A stretch of DNA of 64,000 nucleotides from Mantamonas sphyraenae STR306 (GCA_026936335.1 JAPMXV010000001.1:62001-126000), one strand, 5' to 3'; counted from the stretch's first letter, positions 15,001-27,842 are shown. Notes: a model not told the origin generated them from the sequence alone. Translations and numbers: made by a program.

Positions 15001-18000
15001 TGGACAGGCACAACGAATGGCGGTGGCACGGACTCCATGGTGTGGACGTTTGACATCAACGGACGCCACACAGTAAGCGGGTTGCCCGCGAGTGTGAGCC
15101 CCGGTCAGTATGCCATGGGGTCGCTTTACCCGCTGAGCATTGTCGATCCAGAGAATCGCGTGCTGAACATGACGGTGACGTGCACTCAGTGTGCGCTGTC
15201 TGTCAGCAACAGCACTGTGTGGATGACGACAGGTACGCCTTCACAGCTGCAGGCTGCGTGGAGCACATTGTCGGCAACGTTTCCGGGCGCAGACACACTG
15301 GTGGTGACCGTGTACGACAGCCGCTGGACGGTGAGTGCAACGACAAAGGTGTACGCGTGCAGTGACACACCAGCAACTACGTGGGACGCCCAGCTTGGTG
15401 GCTCGGGTGATGATCGCAGTTATGGCACTGCGGTGAGCGCGATGGGCGACGTGTACTCGGTTGGATCCACGTATGGCAGTGTGGCGGCGGCCAACGCCGG
15501 CGCTGTTGACCAGTGGTTCGTCAAGCTAGCGCACAACGGCACCACGCTGTGGCAGAAGCAGTTCGGCACGTCTGCGATAGAGTGGGGTACCGCTGTGACC
15601 GTTGACACACAGGGCAATGTGTACTTTTGCGGTTTCAGTGCCGGGTCGCTGTTTGGCACCTCTGCCGGTGGATTTGACCTTACCATCGTGAAGATGACAA
15701 GCGATGGGAATGTTGTGTGGTCGAAGCAGTACGGAAGCTCAGGTGATGAACGAACGTACGCATGCGAGTTGAGCAACGACGAGCAGTCGCTGTACATAGG
15801 GTACCGCACTACGGGCAACCTTGGAGGCACCAATGCAGGATCAGACGACGCGGGTTTGGCTAAAGTGCACACCAGCAACGGCACGGTTGCATGGTACAAG
15901 CAGGTGGGAGGAAGCGGTGACGACCAGGCCTGGGGCGTTGGCGTGGATGCGATGGACAACGTGTATCTTGCTGGATGGGCCGGGGCGGAGGTGAACGGAC
16001 AAGCCAACAATGGGTCGACAGATGTCCTTGCCCTAAAGTTTGACAAGGACGGCAACGTTTTGTGGACTCGCCAGGTGGGTACGACATCCGCAGAGCTCAC
16101 GCGCGACGCCACAGTTCACAACGGCATGCTGTTGATTGTCGGCAGCACAGAGGGCGCGCTGAACGGCCAGCCGAATATGGGCAGCACAGACGCGTTCGTG
16201 ATGGCGCTGAATACGACGACTGGCGATACGCTGTGGACACGCACTGTGGGCACAACTGGGGCAGATGAGGGGTACTCCGTGGTGGTGACCTCGACCGGGC
16301 GAATCATCGTTAGTGGTACGGTGGGTGGCACCTCAGTGGATACACGCTGCAGGGGACGTATGACACGTTTGCCGCCGTATTCACGGCCCAGGGCGAACTG
16401 TTGTATGTTGAGCAGAACTCGCAACCCGGTGACAACACTGCGCGCCGCGCCAGCATCAATTGCCACGACCGCCTCGTGCAGGCCATGCGGGTGACCACTG
16501 GATATGGATCCAACAGCTATCTGGGCGGTACGAACGATGTAGTGGTGGCCATGCTTGACATCAAGGTCCCAGAACCACAGCTGTCGCTGTGTACACCGCC
16601 GTTCACCTTCACTGTGGCCCGCAACGGCAGTGGAGGCAACGATCGCTACCAGTACGCCGCTGCAACCCCCGATGGTGGACTGGTTGCAACTGCCATCACC
16701 TTTGCTTCCTGGTATGCCACCAACGCCGGTGACTGGGATGTCACTGTGACCAAGAGCGATGCCAACGGCCAACTTGTGTGGGGCAAACAGTATGGCACGT
16801 CTGGCAGTGATTTTATTCGCGACGTTGTGGTGGACATCTATGGCGACGTGTATGCGTGTGGCTACACGAATGGCGCACTGTTCAACAGCTCGTTGGGTGG
16901 CTCAGACGCGTTTGTGATCAAGCTGAACGGCGGCAACGGAAGCACGGTATGGTCCAAGCAGTTTGGAACTGCCAGCGACGATCAAGCCTTTGGTCTGTCC
17001 ATCAGCGAGGATGCCACCACGCTTTACGTGGCAGGAAACACGCAGGGGTCACTCAATGGCACCAACGCAGGCTCGTGGGATGGATTCCTGGCCAAATTGT
17101 CGGCAGGCGATGGCAGCACGCTGTGGATCCACCAGTTTGGAAGCGCAAACGACGAGATCGTGTACGACATGGACATGGACGACAACGGTGACCTGTATTT
17201 GTTTGGCTACGGCGCAGGCACGCTGCACGGTGCAACAAGCGCAGGCGGAAACGACGCCTTGGTCGTGAAGTACCATGCCAACGGCACCCTTGGCTGGACA
17301 GTCATGGTGGGGAGCACCACCAATGATGAGTGGTCACAAGGTGTTGCGTCCCACGGCCTGGTCATCGGCTCGGGAAGCGCCACAGGCACGGTCAACGGCG
17401 TGGCGGCAGTGGGTGGTCAGGACAACCTTGTGGTGGCCATCAACGCCACGACAGGCAGCATTGTGTGGACCAAGATGGAAGGCACTACAGCCACCGACAC
17501 AGGCGTGGCCGTCTCCGTCACACCGTCGGGGTACGTGGTCGCCGGAGCAGACACAGCGGGTGCTTTGCCTGGCTACACACTCGGTGGATCAAGTGACTTT
17601 TTCTACACCGTGTACAGCCTCAACGGCACCAAGCTGTATCAAGCCCAGATGGGCGATACGGGTACCGATAATCTGCGTGATTTCGTGACCACCTGCAACA
17701 ACCAGACAGTTGGGGTGGGCTTCACCAACGGTGTGTGGACAGGCACCACGGCCATTGGCAACGACGATGCCATGGTGTGGACGCTGCCTTTGCTGCCTCC
17801 GATGGCCGTGTATGGACTGCCCAGCCTGATCAACACGGTCTCGGGCCAGACATACGCCCTGGGTGCGCTGCACCCCATCACCATCGCCAACCCGCACGAG
17901 ACCAAACAATTCCAGCTGACGGTGAGCTGTACCGCGTGTACGCTGAGTCTGACCAACACAGTGGGCACCGCATCGCAGGTGCAAACAGCGTGGGCGTCCC

Positions 18001-21000
18001 TTACGGTGTCGCAACCTGCCAACGCTCCGCTGCAGCATGTCAAGGTCACGCTGTCCGCGGGCTCCACTGTCATTACTCATTCGATTCTGGCACAGAGTCC
18101 CAGCGTCGGAGCGCCGTTTGTCAAGCAGTACAACGGCGCCAGTGGAGTGTCGCGCTTCCAGGGCATGGACCGCAACGCAGCAGGGTCATACTGTATCAGT
18201 GGATTTTCCAACACCGTTGTTATGGGCATTCCCATTGAATCGCCTGCAACGACAGGTGCGATTGTCGGTTTGTTGGACGCATTCGGCAACCTGACCATGG
18301 CCACTCGCGTGACCTCCACAAACTCGGAGTACGGCTCTTCCTGCGCCGTTGCAGACAACGGCAACGTGTACGTGGCAGGCCATACGTTCAGCAACCTCGA
18401 CGGCCAGGGCAACAACGGATCTGCCGATTTGATGTGGGCAGCGGTTGATCACACGGGAAAGCAGTTGTGGACCAAACAAGTGGGCTCGAGTGGCACAGAC
18501 TCGCACACGAAAATCACACTGGCTCCCAATGGCTTCCTGTATGCAGCTGGGGTGGTGCTTGGAAACATCACCGAACTTGGCCTGAATGCACTCAGTGGAG
18601 CTCATGCGAGCGCACTCGTCATGAAGATTGACCCGACCACAGGTGAGCCCGTGTGGGCGCTCATGGATACATTTGCCGAAGGTGCAATCGCACCCTTTGC
18701 CATCACCGCAGACTCGCAGAGCAATCTGTTGTACACAGGTATCGCGGCAGTGCCCATCATGGGCAATGCCAACGCCGGCGGCAACGATATCGTTGTGATC
18801 AAGCGCAACAGCAACGGTGCAATGGTGTGGGGTGTATCTGTCGGTGGGGCCAACGACGACGTGGGCCAGGCCATTGCTCTGAGCATGGATGAAAAGGCCG
18901 TGTACGTGGCCGGCTTCTCTGCCGGCAGCATCATGGGCACGACACACAAAGGAGACAATGACGCAGTGCTGATCCGCTTGGACGCACGCACGGGCGCCGT
19001 GGAGTGGGTGCGATCCATTGGCTCCAGCGCCTCAGACGTGTTTTCACAGGTGACTGTGAACGATGACGGGTCAATCATTGCGGGTGGACAGACAAGTGGC
19101 ACCATCGGCGCAGACACTCCGGTTGGCTCGTCGGATCTTTTCTTTGCACACTTTGACGCCGCAGGAAACCTGCTTGGAACGAAGATGCAGGGAGGTGCGG
19201 GCACGGAAAGCGCGTATCATCCATCTGTCGGCAACCCGTTCACATCGACTCTGTTCGTGGTTGGTCAGACAGACGGCGCCTTCCAACCGCAGTTCAGTGA
19301 CTCGGGCAACGCATACGACGCCATCATCGGTTCGGCGTCATTCCCCAAGGTGCCCACGGTGAGTGGCCTGCCGCGGTGGATGTATGCCAGCACCGAGTCG
19401 GTGGGCGCACAGTACCCGCTGGCCATCGCAGACGCAGATAGCAGTGTGCTCACGATGGGCATTGCGTGTGCGGGCTGCAACATCAACGGCACGGGCTTGA
19501 GCAGCACGAGCACCACTGGATCGCCGGCAGCCCTGATGGCCGCCTGGTCTGCGGTGCGCATTGCATTTGACGTCCAAACCAACGCCGCGACACAGTTGAC
19601 GGTGACGGTATCGGACGACGTGGCCAACATCACCACGTCGACGTACATTCGTCCCTGCGGCTCCGTGCCAGCGACCTTTGTGGTGCAATACGGAAGCAGC
19701 GCGAGCGAACGCGTGTTTGACATTGAGGTGGGCATGGACGATGCGGTGTATGCTGGTGGACACACAAACAGCGCCCTGAATGCGTCAGGGCCTACCCCTA
19801 CGGGATGGGGGGCCTACGTGCGCAAGTTCAATGCCACAGGCGGCGAAGCGTGGACGTACATGTTTGACACCGCAAGTACGGATACCAACTACAACTTTGT
19901 GTTGGACAGCGCTGACAACGTCTACTTTCCCTCTGGTGGAGGGGACGTGTATTTGTCCAAGATCTCCTCGTCTGGCACGCAGCTGTGGCAACGTGCTGTG
20001 TTGGTTGGAAACGGCCTGGATTGGGTCTATGGCACGGTAATGACCACAGACGAGAAGTACATCTTCTTGGTGGGAGCGTCGACTTCCACTGATCTCGGGT
20101 TCACGCCGCAAGGCAATGATGTTTGGGCGTCCAAGATCAGCGCTGCCACAGGAGAAATCGTGTGGTTGGACTCATTTGGGACGGCCAACGACGACTCCTG
20201 GATGTCATGCGACGTCGACAGTCTCGACAACCTGTACGCGGTGGGCAGATACAACATATCAACCGACAGCTCGTTTGCGGTGACCAAGTACTCGCCCATG
20301 GGATCACGCGTGTGGACGACGGTCATTCCAAACACAGGGGCTTCCAACGAATTCCGGGCTGCGTTCTATCGCGCAGGGCGACTGTACCTCGCGGGGATTT
20401 TGCACGGCCCCAGTCTCGTTGGCGGTGCGGTGAACCCTGGCTCTCCGACGCAAGTGGGCGTGTTGATGGCCATGGATGCGACGACAGGTACGGTGCTGTG
20501 GTCCACCGCCTTGGGTTCGGGATCCAAGGTCGCTGCCTCCCTTTCGATGACCTCCAACGGCCACTTGCTCGTCCCAATTGCCGATGGCTCCGATTCCACC
20601 GGCGTCGCCTTGTACACAACGGAAGGTCAGTACCTCGACACCAAGACTGTCCTGGCGACTGGCGGATTGTGGATGTACGCAGTGGAGGCCATGTGTGGCA
20701 CTCAGGCCGCTGTCGGTGGAATCTTGAGCGGTAACTATGCTGTGAACGGCGCCTCAGGTGTCCCTGGCGCCACTGACAGTTGGGTGGCGGTTGTCAACCT
20801 GCCCATTCCCATCCTTGGATTGCCGTCGTACGTGGACGTGGGCACTGTGAACGTGGGTGCGTTGTATCCGCTGACGGTGCTGCACGAAGGCAGGCCATTG
20901 AACCTCACTGTGTCGTGCAGTTCGTGCAATCTGAAGGGCACGGGTCTGCAGAGCCTGCAACTTGCAACCGGTGCCACAGCACAGCAGGTGGCCCAGGCGT

Positions 21001-24000
21001 GGAGCACGTTGACTGTGCAGTTTGACAGCAACAAGGCGGGCGAGGCCCTGCAGGTCATTTTGGGCGTGGATGGATACACGTCCACCAAGACTGTGCCTGT
21101 GCATGGTGCGTGTGGCTATGGCCCGGCGACAAACTTTGTGGCCAGCATCGGCACAAGTGCAGACGACCGCGCCACCTCGATGGCCACGGATGCCAGTGGC
21201 AATGCCTACGTGAGTGGATACTCAACCGTGGCGGTGTCGGCGGGCTACACGGTGCAGGGGAGCAACGATCTGTTTGTGCGAAAGTACAACAGCAGCGGGT
21301 TGGAGGCGTGGACGTTCCAGACGGGCGGCGCAGGCAACGATGTCGCGGACGCCGTCCTGGTCGACGGTTTGGGCAACGTGTACATCGTGGGTCGCACCAA
21401 CGGCGACCTTAACGGAAAGACCATCACCGGCGGGGTGGACATGGTTGTGATGAAGCTGACCAGCAGTGGTACTCTTGTGTGGACCACCATGTTTGGCGGT
21501 GTCAACGACGACCTTGCACGCGCCGGTGTACTGTCGCCTGAGGGCGACTACGTGTACGGCGTGGGCCACACCAAGAGCAACCTGAGTGCAATCAACGCAG
21601 GCGAAGACGACATGGTGGCGTTCAAGGTGCGCACCTCGGACGGAACACTGATGTGGACGCGTCAGGTGGGCGGCAGCGCTGCAGACCTGGGATTGTCCGC
21701 GTGTGTGGATCCACGCACAGGCGACCTCTTCCTGGTTGGCGAGACGTCGTCGCCCACCATTGCCGGACAGAGTGCATTTGGCCTCCAGGATTCGCTGGTG
21801 GTCAAGTACGACCCCAATGGCAACATGGTGTGGAGCAAGGTGTACGGAGCAGCCGGAGGCGAGCAGACGTTCGGCTGCGCCTTTGACGCAGCCAGTGACA
21901 CACTGTACGTCGGTGGGTCGACTTCCAGCTCGACCTGGTACGGCCAGACCCGCGGCGGTGGACCCGATGCATCTGTGTTGGCCATCAACAGCACCGATGG
22001 AGGCGTGCTGTGGGGCCGATTGATGGACAGCGGGGCAAGCGAGTTTGTGGCCGGGTTGACCGTGCTTGATTCGGGTCACGTGGTGGCCGGCGGTTCGACA
22101 CAGGGCTCGTTGCCTGGCCAGCCGTTGAAGAACGCCGATGGCAACTACGACCTCTTTGTGGCCACGCTGACAAGCAGTGGCGAGGTGGTGCAAATCATCC
22201 AACAGGGCGTGTCGGGCACGGAAGTGACCAGCCACATCGCCGGTCGATGCAACAACCAGGTGGTGCTGAGCGCCAGGATGCAATCTGCACTGCCTGGCAC
22301 CACCTACGCAGGCGGTGGCCACGATGCGTACGTGGAGCGCCTGCAAGTGATGCAGCCGAGGCTGACGGGTCTGCCGGCTTCCGCGAATGCCGACACGTTC
22401 TCCGGTGCCACGCATGCCCTGCGCATCCTGGACACCGATCCGTCGCAGGTCATGAACCTGACTGTTTCGTGTGTCGGATGCAACGTGAACGGCACAGGCG
22501 GCAGTTCGCTGCAGCAGGTTGGCACAGCCGCCCAGCTGGAGGCCGCGTGGAAGACGCTGTCGTTTGCGCTCCAAACAGGCCAAACGAGTGATGTGCTGAA
22601 CGTGCAGGTCACGTACGGCGCCGTGTCGGGCACCTTTACAACGCGTATGGGCAAGTGTGGATTGACGACGCCGCATGTGGCGCAAATCGGCACGAGCGGC
22701 GACGACCGTGCGTTTGCCACGACATTCATGCAGGACGGCTCGATTCTGGTGGCCTCGCGCACAGACGGTACCTTCCCAGGTCAGAGCAACGCGGGAGGCG
22801 TCGATGCGTACGTGGCCAAGTTTGCGCCGAACGGCACCAACCTGTGGTACAAGATGTACGGCACGGCGACGGAAGACTCGTTCCTGGGCGGCGATGCATC
22901 TGCAGACGGCAAGGCGTTGTTTGTGTCGGGATACTCAAGCGCAGCATTTGAAGGCGCCACGGCTCTGGGTAACGCGGACATCGTGGTGATGCGCATGGAC
23001 GAGACAGGCAACAAGGTATGGGTGCGCCAACTTGGCACGTCGGCCAGCGACAAGGCACGTTCGTGCTGGCTGAGTGCCGACGAACGCTACCTGTACGTGT
23101 TTGCCGAGACGTCCGGGTCGTACGCTGGCACGTTGGCCGGTGTGACGGATCTGCTGCTGCTGAAGCTGGACGCATCCGACGGAAGCGCGGTGTGGAGCCG
23201 CCAAATTGGCAACGCGGCTTCCAACGCCATCATGGCAGGCGTGAAGGACGGTGCAGACAATCTGTACATCGTCAGCTACACGACGGGCGACTTTGACGGC
23301 CAGACGAACCAGGGCAGTGCCGACGGACTGGTGATCAAGTACGACAGCGAAGGCAACAAGGTGTGGACGCGTCTGTACGGCACAACGGGCAACGACTACC
23401 TGTACCGGGCGGCCGTGAGTGACGACGGCAGCTCGTTGCTGCTTGCGGGACGCACCAACGCAGGGACTTTTTACGGCCAGACCACAAACGGGGCCTACGA
23501 CGCAACGGCGCTTGCGGTGAACGCGAGCACAGGAGACGTGATGTGGGCACGTGTGGCCGGCGGCGGAGGAAACGACCTGGCGTGGGGCGCCGCGATCACG
23601 ACTGGCAACAGCTTTGTGATGGCAATGGATCTTGCAGCAGGCACGGTTCTTCCTGGCCAAACCGAATTGGGAGGAGGCGACGCCGGGTACGCAGTGTACA
23701 ACAGCGCGGGTGATGTGCAAAAGTATGTGCAGTACGGCACGACTTCGGAGGATATTGTGCGCAACGCGGATGCCAACTGCCGTGGCCAGGTGCTGATCAG
23801 TGGTCTGACATCCGGTGCCATGCCTGGCAACACGAATGGTGGCGGGCGTGATGCGTATGTGTACGCGTTCACTGTGGATTCTTTGGCCATCAAGGGCTTG
23901 CCGGACTGGATCAAGGCGACGTCGGGCACAATCACCCTCGCTTCGCACCCGATCACTGTGGTTGACTTTCAGGACGCAATGTTGACACTCACCGTTGCGT

Positions 24001-27000
24001 GTACCCATTGTCAGCTGAATGGCACGGGCGGCACGCTGTTGGCGCTTAGTGGTGCGAACGACACCAAGGTTGTGCTGGCTGGTTCTGCGCAACAATTGCA
24101 AGACACGTGGCGAACAATGACCGTGGGTATGAGTAGGCTGTATTCGAACGACACGCTGAATGTGACTGTCTCCAATGGACAGCTGAGCAGCACCTACACT
24201 GTGGACCTGCTGCAGTGTGGCGTGCTGTCCGCGCCCACAACCTCGCAGTTTGGCACTGGCGCAGAGGATGCAGCGGTAGCCGGGACAGTCGCTCTGGATG
24301 GTGGACTTGTCTCGCTGGTGAGAACAACCGGTGCATTCGATGGCCAGAGCCACGCCGGAGGGGTGGACACGTATGTGCGACGCACAAACGCTCAGGGTGC
24401 GGTCGAATGGGCGCAGCAGTTTGGCTCCGCTGGAGATGATGTGCCTTCCGATGTCGTTGCAGACTGCATGGGCAACGTCTTTGTGGTTGGCACCACCAAT
24501 GGCTCGTTGGCCGGTTCCAGTGCCAATGGCACGGATGTGTTTGTGGCCAAGCTGAATGTCACCGGCCACCTAGTGTGGCTCGTGCAAATTGGCAGCAACT
24601 ACACAGACGTGGGTGTCAATGTGGCTCTTAGCCCAAGTGAGACCGAAGTGTACGTGGGCGCAACGACTTTTGGCTCCATGCAGGGGATCAACTTGGGCAT
24701 GTCTGACTTTGTGCTGCTGAAGCTGCGCTCCAGCGACGGCAGCCAAGACTGGGTACGCCAGGGTGGCAGTGCTGGAGCAGACCATGCGCGAGGCGTGTGT
24801 GTCGGCTCGGATGGTGTTGTTCACGTGGTGGCTCAGTCGAGTTCGGCCGTGAACGGTGTGGTTGGGGCCGGTGCCACCGACGTCGTGGTGGTCTCGTACA
24901 ACAGCACCGGTGGAGTGTTGTCCACGCGCATGTATGGCACAAGCATGCATGAGAATGCCACGGGCTGCTCCATGCTCGCAGACACCCTCTTTGTGTCGTA
25001 CGATGCCACCAACGTGGCGACGTCGTCCGAGACCGAGCTGGGTGTGCTTGCTGTGGACGTGCAGTCTGGCTCCCTTTTGTGGAAAACCACTGTGCTGGTG
25101 TCTTCCATGCCGCTGACAAGCACTTCTGGCGTTTCAGCAGCGCCGAATGGCCGTGTGTTTGTGACCGGCCGCCACGCAGGCGCAGGCTTCTATGCCAACT
25201 TGCACGCGGCCACAGGCACCATGTCAACCCGAGGAGTGGTTGCACTCGAGGCTCAGAGCAGCCACGTACACGGCGTTTCCGCTGGCTGCAACAACCAAGT
25301 GTTGCTTGTGGGCGAGGCATCGTCGGCGCTGTCTGGACAGACGTACGCCGGAGGAAGCTCCGATGCGTGGTTGATGTCACTGCGCGCAGATGTGGCCGTC
25401 ACGTTCTCGGGCATGGCAGGCCCTGTGGCTGTTGAGCGTGTCGGTGACACCGTGGCCCCGCTCACAGGCGCAGTTCTTGTGGACGCCGTGTCGTTTGATG
25501 GCGACACCTACGCAATCAACGTGACGTGTGTGGGCTGCAATGTGTCCGTGCCTGCGCTCGCTGCAGATGCCACACTAGCCCAAGCACAAGCCACACTGCG
25601 CGGCGTCACTCTGACGCTGAACGAGGCTGCTGGTGCCCTTTATGTGGCAGTGCGTGATGGCACAGCGTGGTCACCCACCCAAGAGGTCAGCGTGCGTGTG
25701 GTGTGCCCCAGCCCTACATACGGTACAACCACGTTCAGCACCAGTGCCAACGACACGCTGAGCGATGTGGCATTGGACACATTCAACACGGCGCTTGTTT
25801 CCGGGCGCGTGGACGGCAAAGCGACTGTGCGCAGTGTGCTGCCGCAGGGTGTGGTCCAGTGGACGCACAGCCACAACGGTGGCAATGGGACGGCGACTCG
25901 TGTGGCCGTCGACGCACAGCGTCATGTGCTGTACACTTACCAGGCACAGAATTCGACCGCAACATCGTCAGTGATCCGCGTGGTTAAACTTACACCTGGT
26001 GGAAGCCTTGTGTGGGATGTGACGCAGACGTCGGGCGAGTACAACGTAGATGTGGCAACGGCAGTTGCTGTAGGCCCGACCAATGACGTGTTTGTGGCCG
26101 GTTACACCAACGGAAGCCTGGTGGGCAGCAACGCAGGAGGCACAGACACAGTGCTACTGCGCCTGGCCTCGAGCACGGGTGCAGTCATGTGGACCCGACA
26201 AACGGGTGCAAACCAAGACGATCGTGCAACGGACGTTTGCGTCGACAGCAGCGGCAACGCATACGTGGTGGGATCTGGAGCTGCGAATGGACAGGCAAAC
26301 GCAGACGTGTTGGTGTCCAAGTACGACAGCTCAGGCAATCTGACGTGGGTGCAGCTGTATGGCGGTGCGGGCGATGAGGAAGCCACCAGCTGCGTGGTGC
26401 ACGGCACGCGTGTGTATGTGGGCGCAAACACGCCCAGTACCAACTTTTTGTCTCACGTGAATCTGCCATCCGGCAGCAAGGGTGCTGTCCTTGCACTGGA
26501 CACAAGCACAGGCGCGGTTGTGTGGACACAGGTGTTTGCCCATGGCAGTGCTGAGCGTGTGGACGTCCACAACGGCCACACACTGCTCGTGGCAGGCAGC
26601 ACACCGACCGCAGACTGGACCGTTTCTGCGTTTGCGCTGATCAACGGCCAGTACGCGTGGACACACACGGAGGGTGGCACAGGCGCCGACGAGTTGACAG
26701 CTTTGGCGACCGACTGCACAGGCAACCTGTGGCTTGCGGGCAGCAGCAGCGCGGTCGGAGGTGCGCCCTGGGAGATGAAGGTGATGGAGCGTGGCAACCG
26801 TCCACCCATTGTGTCTGGCCTCCCTGCCTCCGTCACCGTGTTTGCGCAGGTGGACTTTGTGTTGAGCTCGCTGTATCCGATGGCCATCAGCGACGTAGAC
26901 GTGACCCATGCCGATCTGATGAGTCTGAACGTCACGGCCGCCCACAATGAGTGCCAAGTGTTTATCACCTCGTACTCGGGTGTGAGCTTTGTCGACGAGA

Positions 27001-27743
27001 GTCTGAACGGAAACACGTCCTTGCGTATGCAAGGCACGCTGAATGCGCTCAACGCAGCCCTCAACTCGCTGCTGGTGCGCTGTCCCGATGCAGAGGCCAA
27101 CGAAACACTGGTGATTCGCATCTCGGACGGTGGGTCCAGCGGGCGAGCATACAGCAGCATGTCCACAGACGGCCGTGAGATGACCACGTCCTACAATGTG
27201 ACGGTGCATGTCCAACGATGCGAGTTTTACAGCAAGGCGTGCGGCCCGAAGCTCATCGAAACGCCAGACGTACTCGCCGTGGCCAATGCCTGGAACTTGT
27301 TCTCGGACGAGCGACTCAAGACCGATGTGCAGACCATTGCACCGGAGAAGGGCATGGAGCTGCTGCGACAGCTGCAGGCTGTACGCTTCCGCTGGAAAGA
27401 CAACGAGCGTGCCGACATCGGCTTCATTGCTCAGGAAGTGGAAAAGGTGGTGCCGGAGCTGGTGAGCACAGGTAGCGATGGCGTAAAGTCCCTGAAGTAC
27501 GCCAACCTGGCACCGATTCTGGTGCAGGCGCTGCAACATCAGCAGCTGCGCGACGCCGAACTCCTGCAGGCCAAGCTGGCACAGGTTCAGGATCTGGAGA
27601 GCAAGGTCGCTGAAAAGAAGCAGCTGCTTGACAAGGCTCAACAGCGTGTGCAACACATGGAACACATGTTGGAAATCCTCGAGCAGCGCGCTGCCGCCAA
27701 GAAGTTGCAAACGACGCAAGACTCATCCGCAGAAGAGTCGTGA
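7..27743 (+). CDS. Giant (about 9,245 aa) intronless fibre/adhesin-like protein: tail-fibre-like repeats, about 16 SBBP beta-propellers with spacer domains, C-terminal peptidase S74 chaperone. Probably 5'-partial; one frameshift at about 16331
   Basis: ORFs 7..16494 and 16401..27743 join if one C is added at 16331-16332 (GGC ACC [C]TC AGT GGA TAC ACG CTG CAG GGG ACG TAT GAC), which restores a normal blade 'GTLSGYTLQGTYDTFAAVFTAQGELLYVEQ'. Both ORFs share the module architecture and a near-identical 1.23 kb module. The frame is open from base 1 and no signal peptide is visible at the first Met. Confidence 0.85.
85..3430 (+). repeat. 14 protein-level repeats of about 75-110 aa with core LDDDEISGDKVEGGTIxAITIxTL and, in many units, VDNLRLDGNT...NGxIVLTPNG (tail-fibre-shaft-like)
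   Basis: Core motif counted 14 times in the translation, one copy degenerate (DTDALRFDSIVGG). The DNA core gacgagatcagcggcgacaaggtggaagg recurs with synonymous divergence. Confidence 0.85.
10783..12012 (+). repeat. Direct repeat copy 1 (propeller module 6), near-identical to 22650..23879
   Basis: 1,230 bp align without gaps at offset 11,867, with roughly 18 substitutions counted by eye (about 98% identity). Confidence 0.95.
22650..23879 (+). repeat. Direct repeat copy 2 (propeller module 14)
   Basis: Same sequence as 10783..12012, from ggcaagtgtgga to ttcactgtggat. Confidence 0.95.
27291..27743 (+). other. Peptidase S74 / intramolecular chaperone auto-processing (ICA) domain followed by a coiled coil
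   Basis: WNLFSDERLKTDVQTI...LRQLQAVRFRWKD...IGFIAQEVEKVVPELV...KSLKYANLAPILVQALQ, with Ser (27303) and Lys (27318) in SDxRLK spacing. Heptad-like tail LQAKLAQVQDLESKVAEKKQLLDKAQQRVQHMEHMLEILE. Confidence 0.92.
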
Positions 27744-27842
27744 TCGGACGGAAAACACGACGCGAGGAAAGACCAATCGAATGGGAGGGTGGAGGAGAGA
27801 AATGGAGATGGTGGGAATGCAATGAAAAGTTCGACTGGTCCC

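Larger units (their letters stand above)
3676..27220 (+). other. Array of about 16 SBBP-like beta-propeller modules (about 390 aa each) interleaved with about 13 spacer domains of roughly 100 aa (cadherin/Ig-like)
   Basis: Recurrent blade consensus WxxQxGxxxxDxxxxxxxDxxGNxYVxGxTxGxxxGxxxxGxxDxxVxKxDxxG, about seven per module. Spacer consensus VxGLP...YPLxIxD...LTVSCxxC...GTxxQLxxAW...VTVxDG. Counts are by eye. Confidence 0.75.

Noticed and set aside
16401-16494. Two separate overlapping giant genes, or a programmed frameshift
   Set aside because: The break falls mid-propeller, the second ORF has no ATG or signal peptide at its start, there is no slippery heptamer, and one added C restores the blade consensus.
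1-27743. Prophage, endogenous giant virus or bacterial contaminant
   Set aside because: No capsid, packaging, polymerase or integrase genes and no terminal repeats are visible. The gene abuts eukaryotic genes, has similar GC-rich codon usage, and is rich in sequons and Cys pairs. Not fully excluded for sequence upstream of the window.
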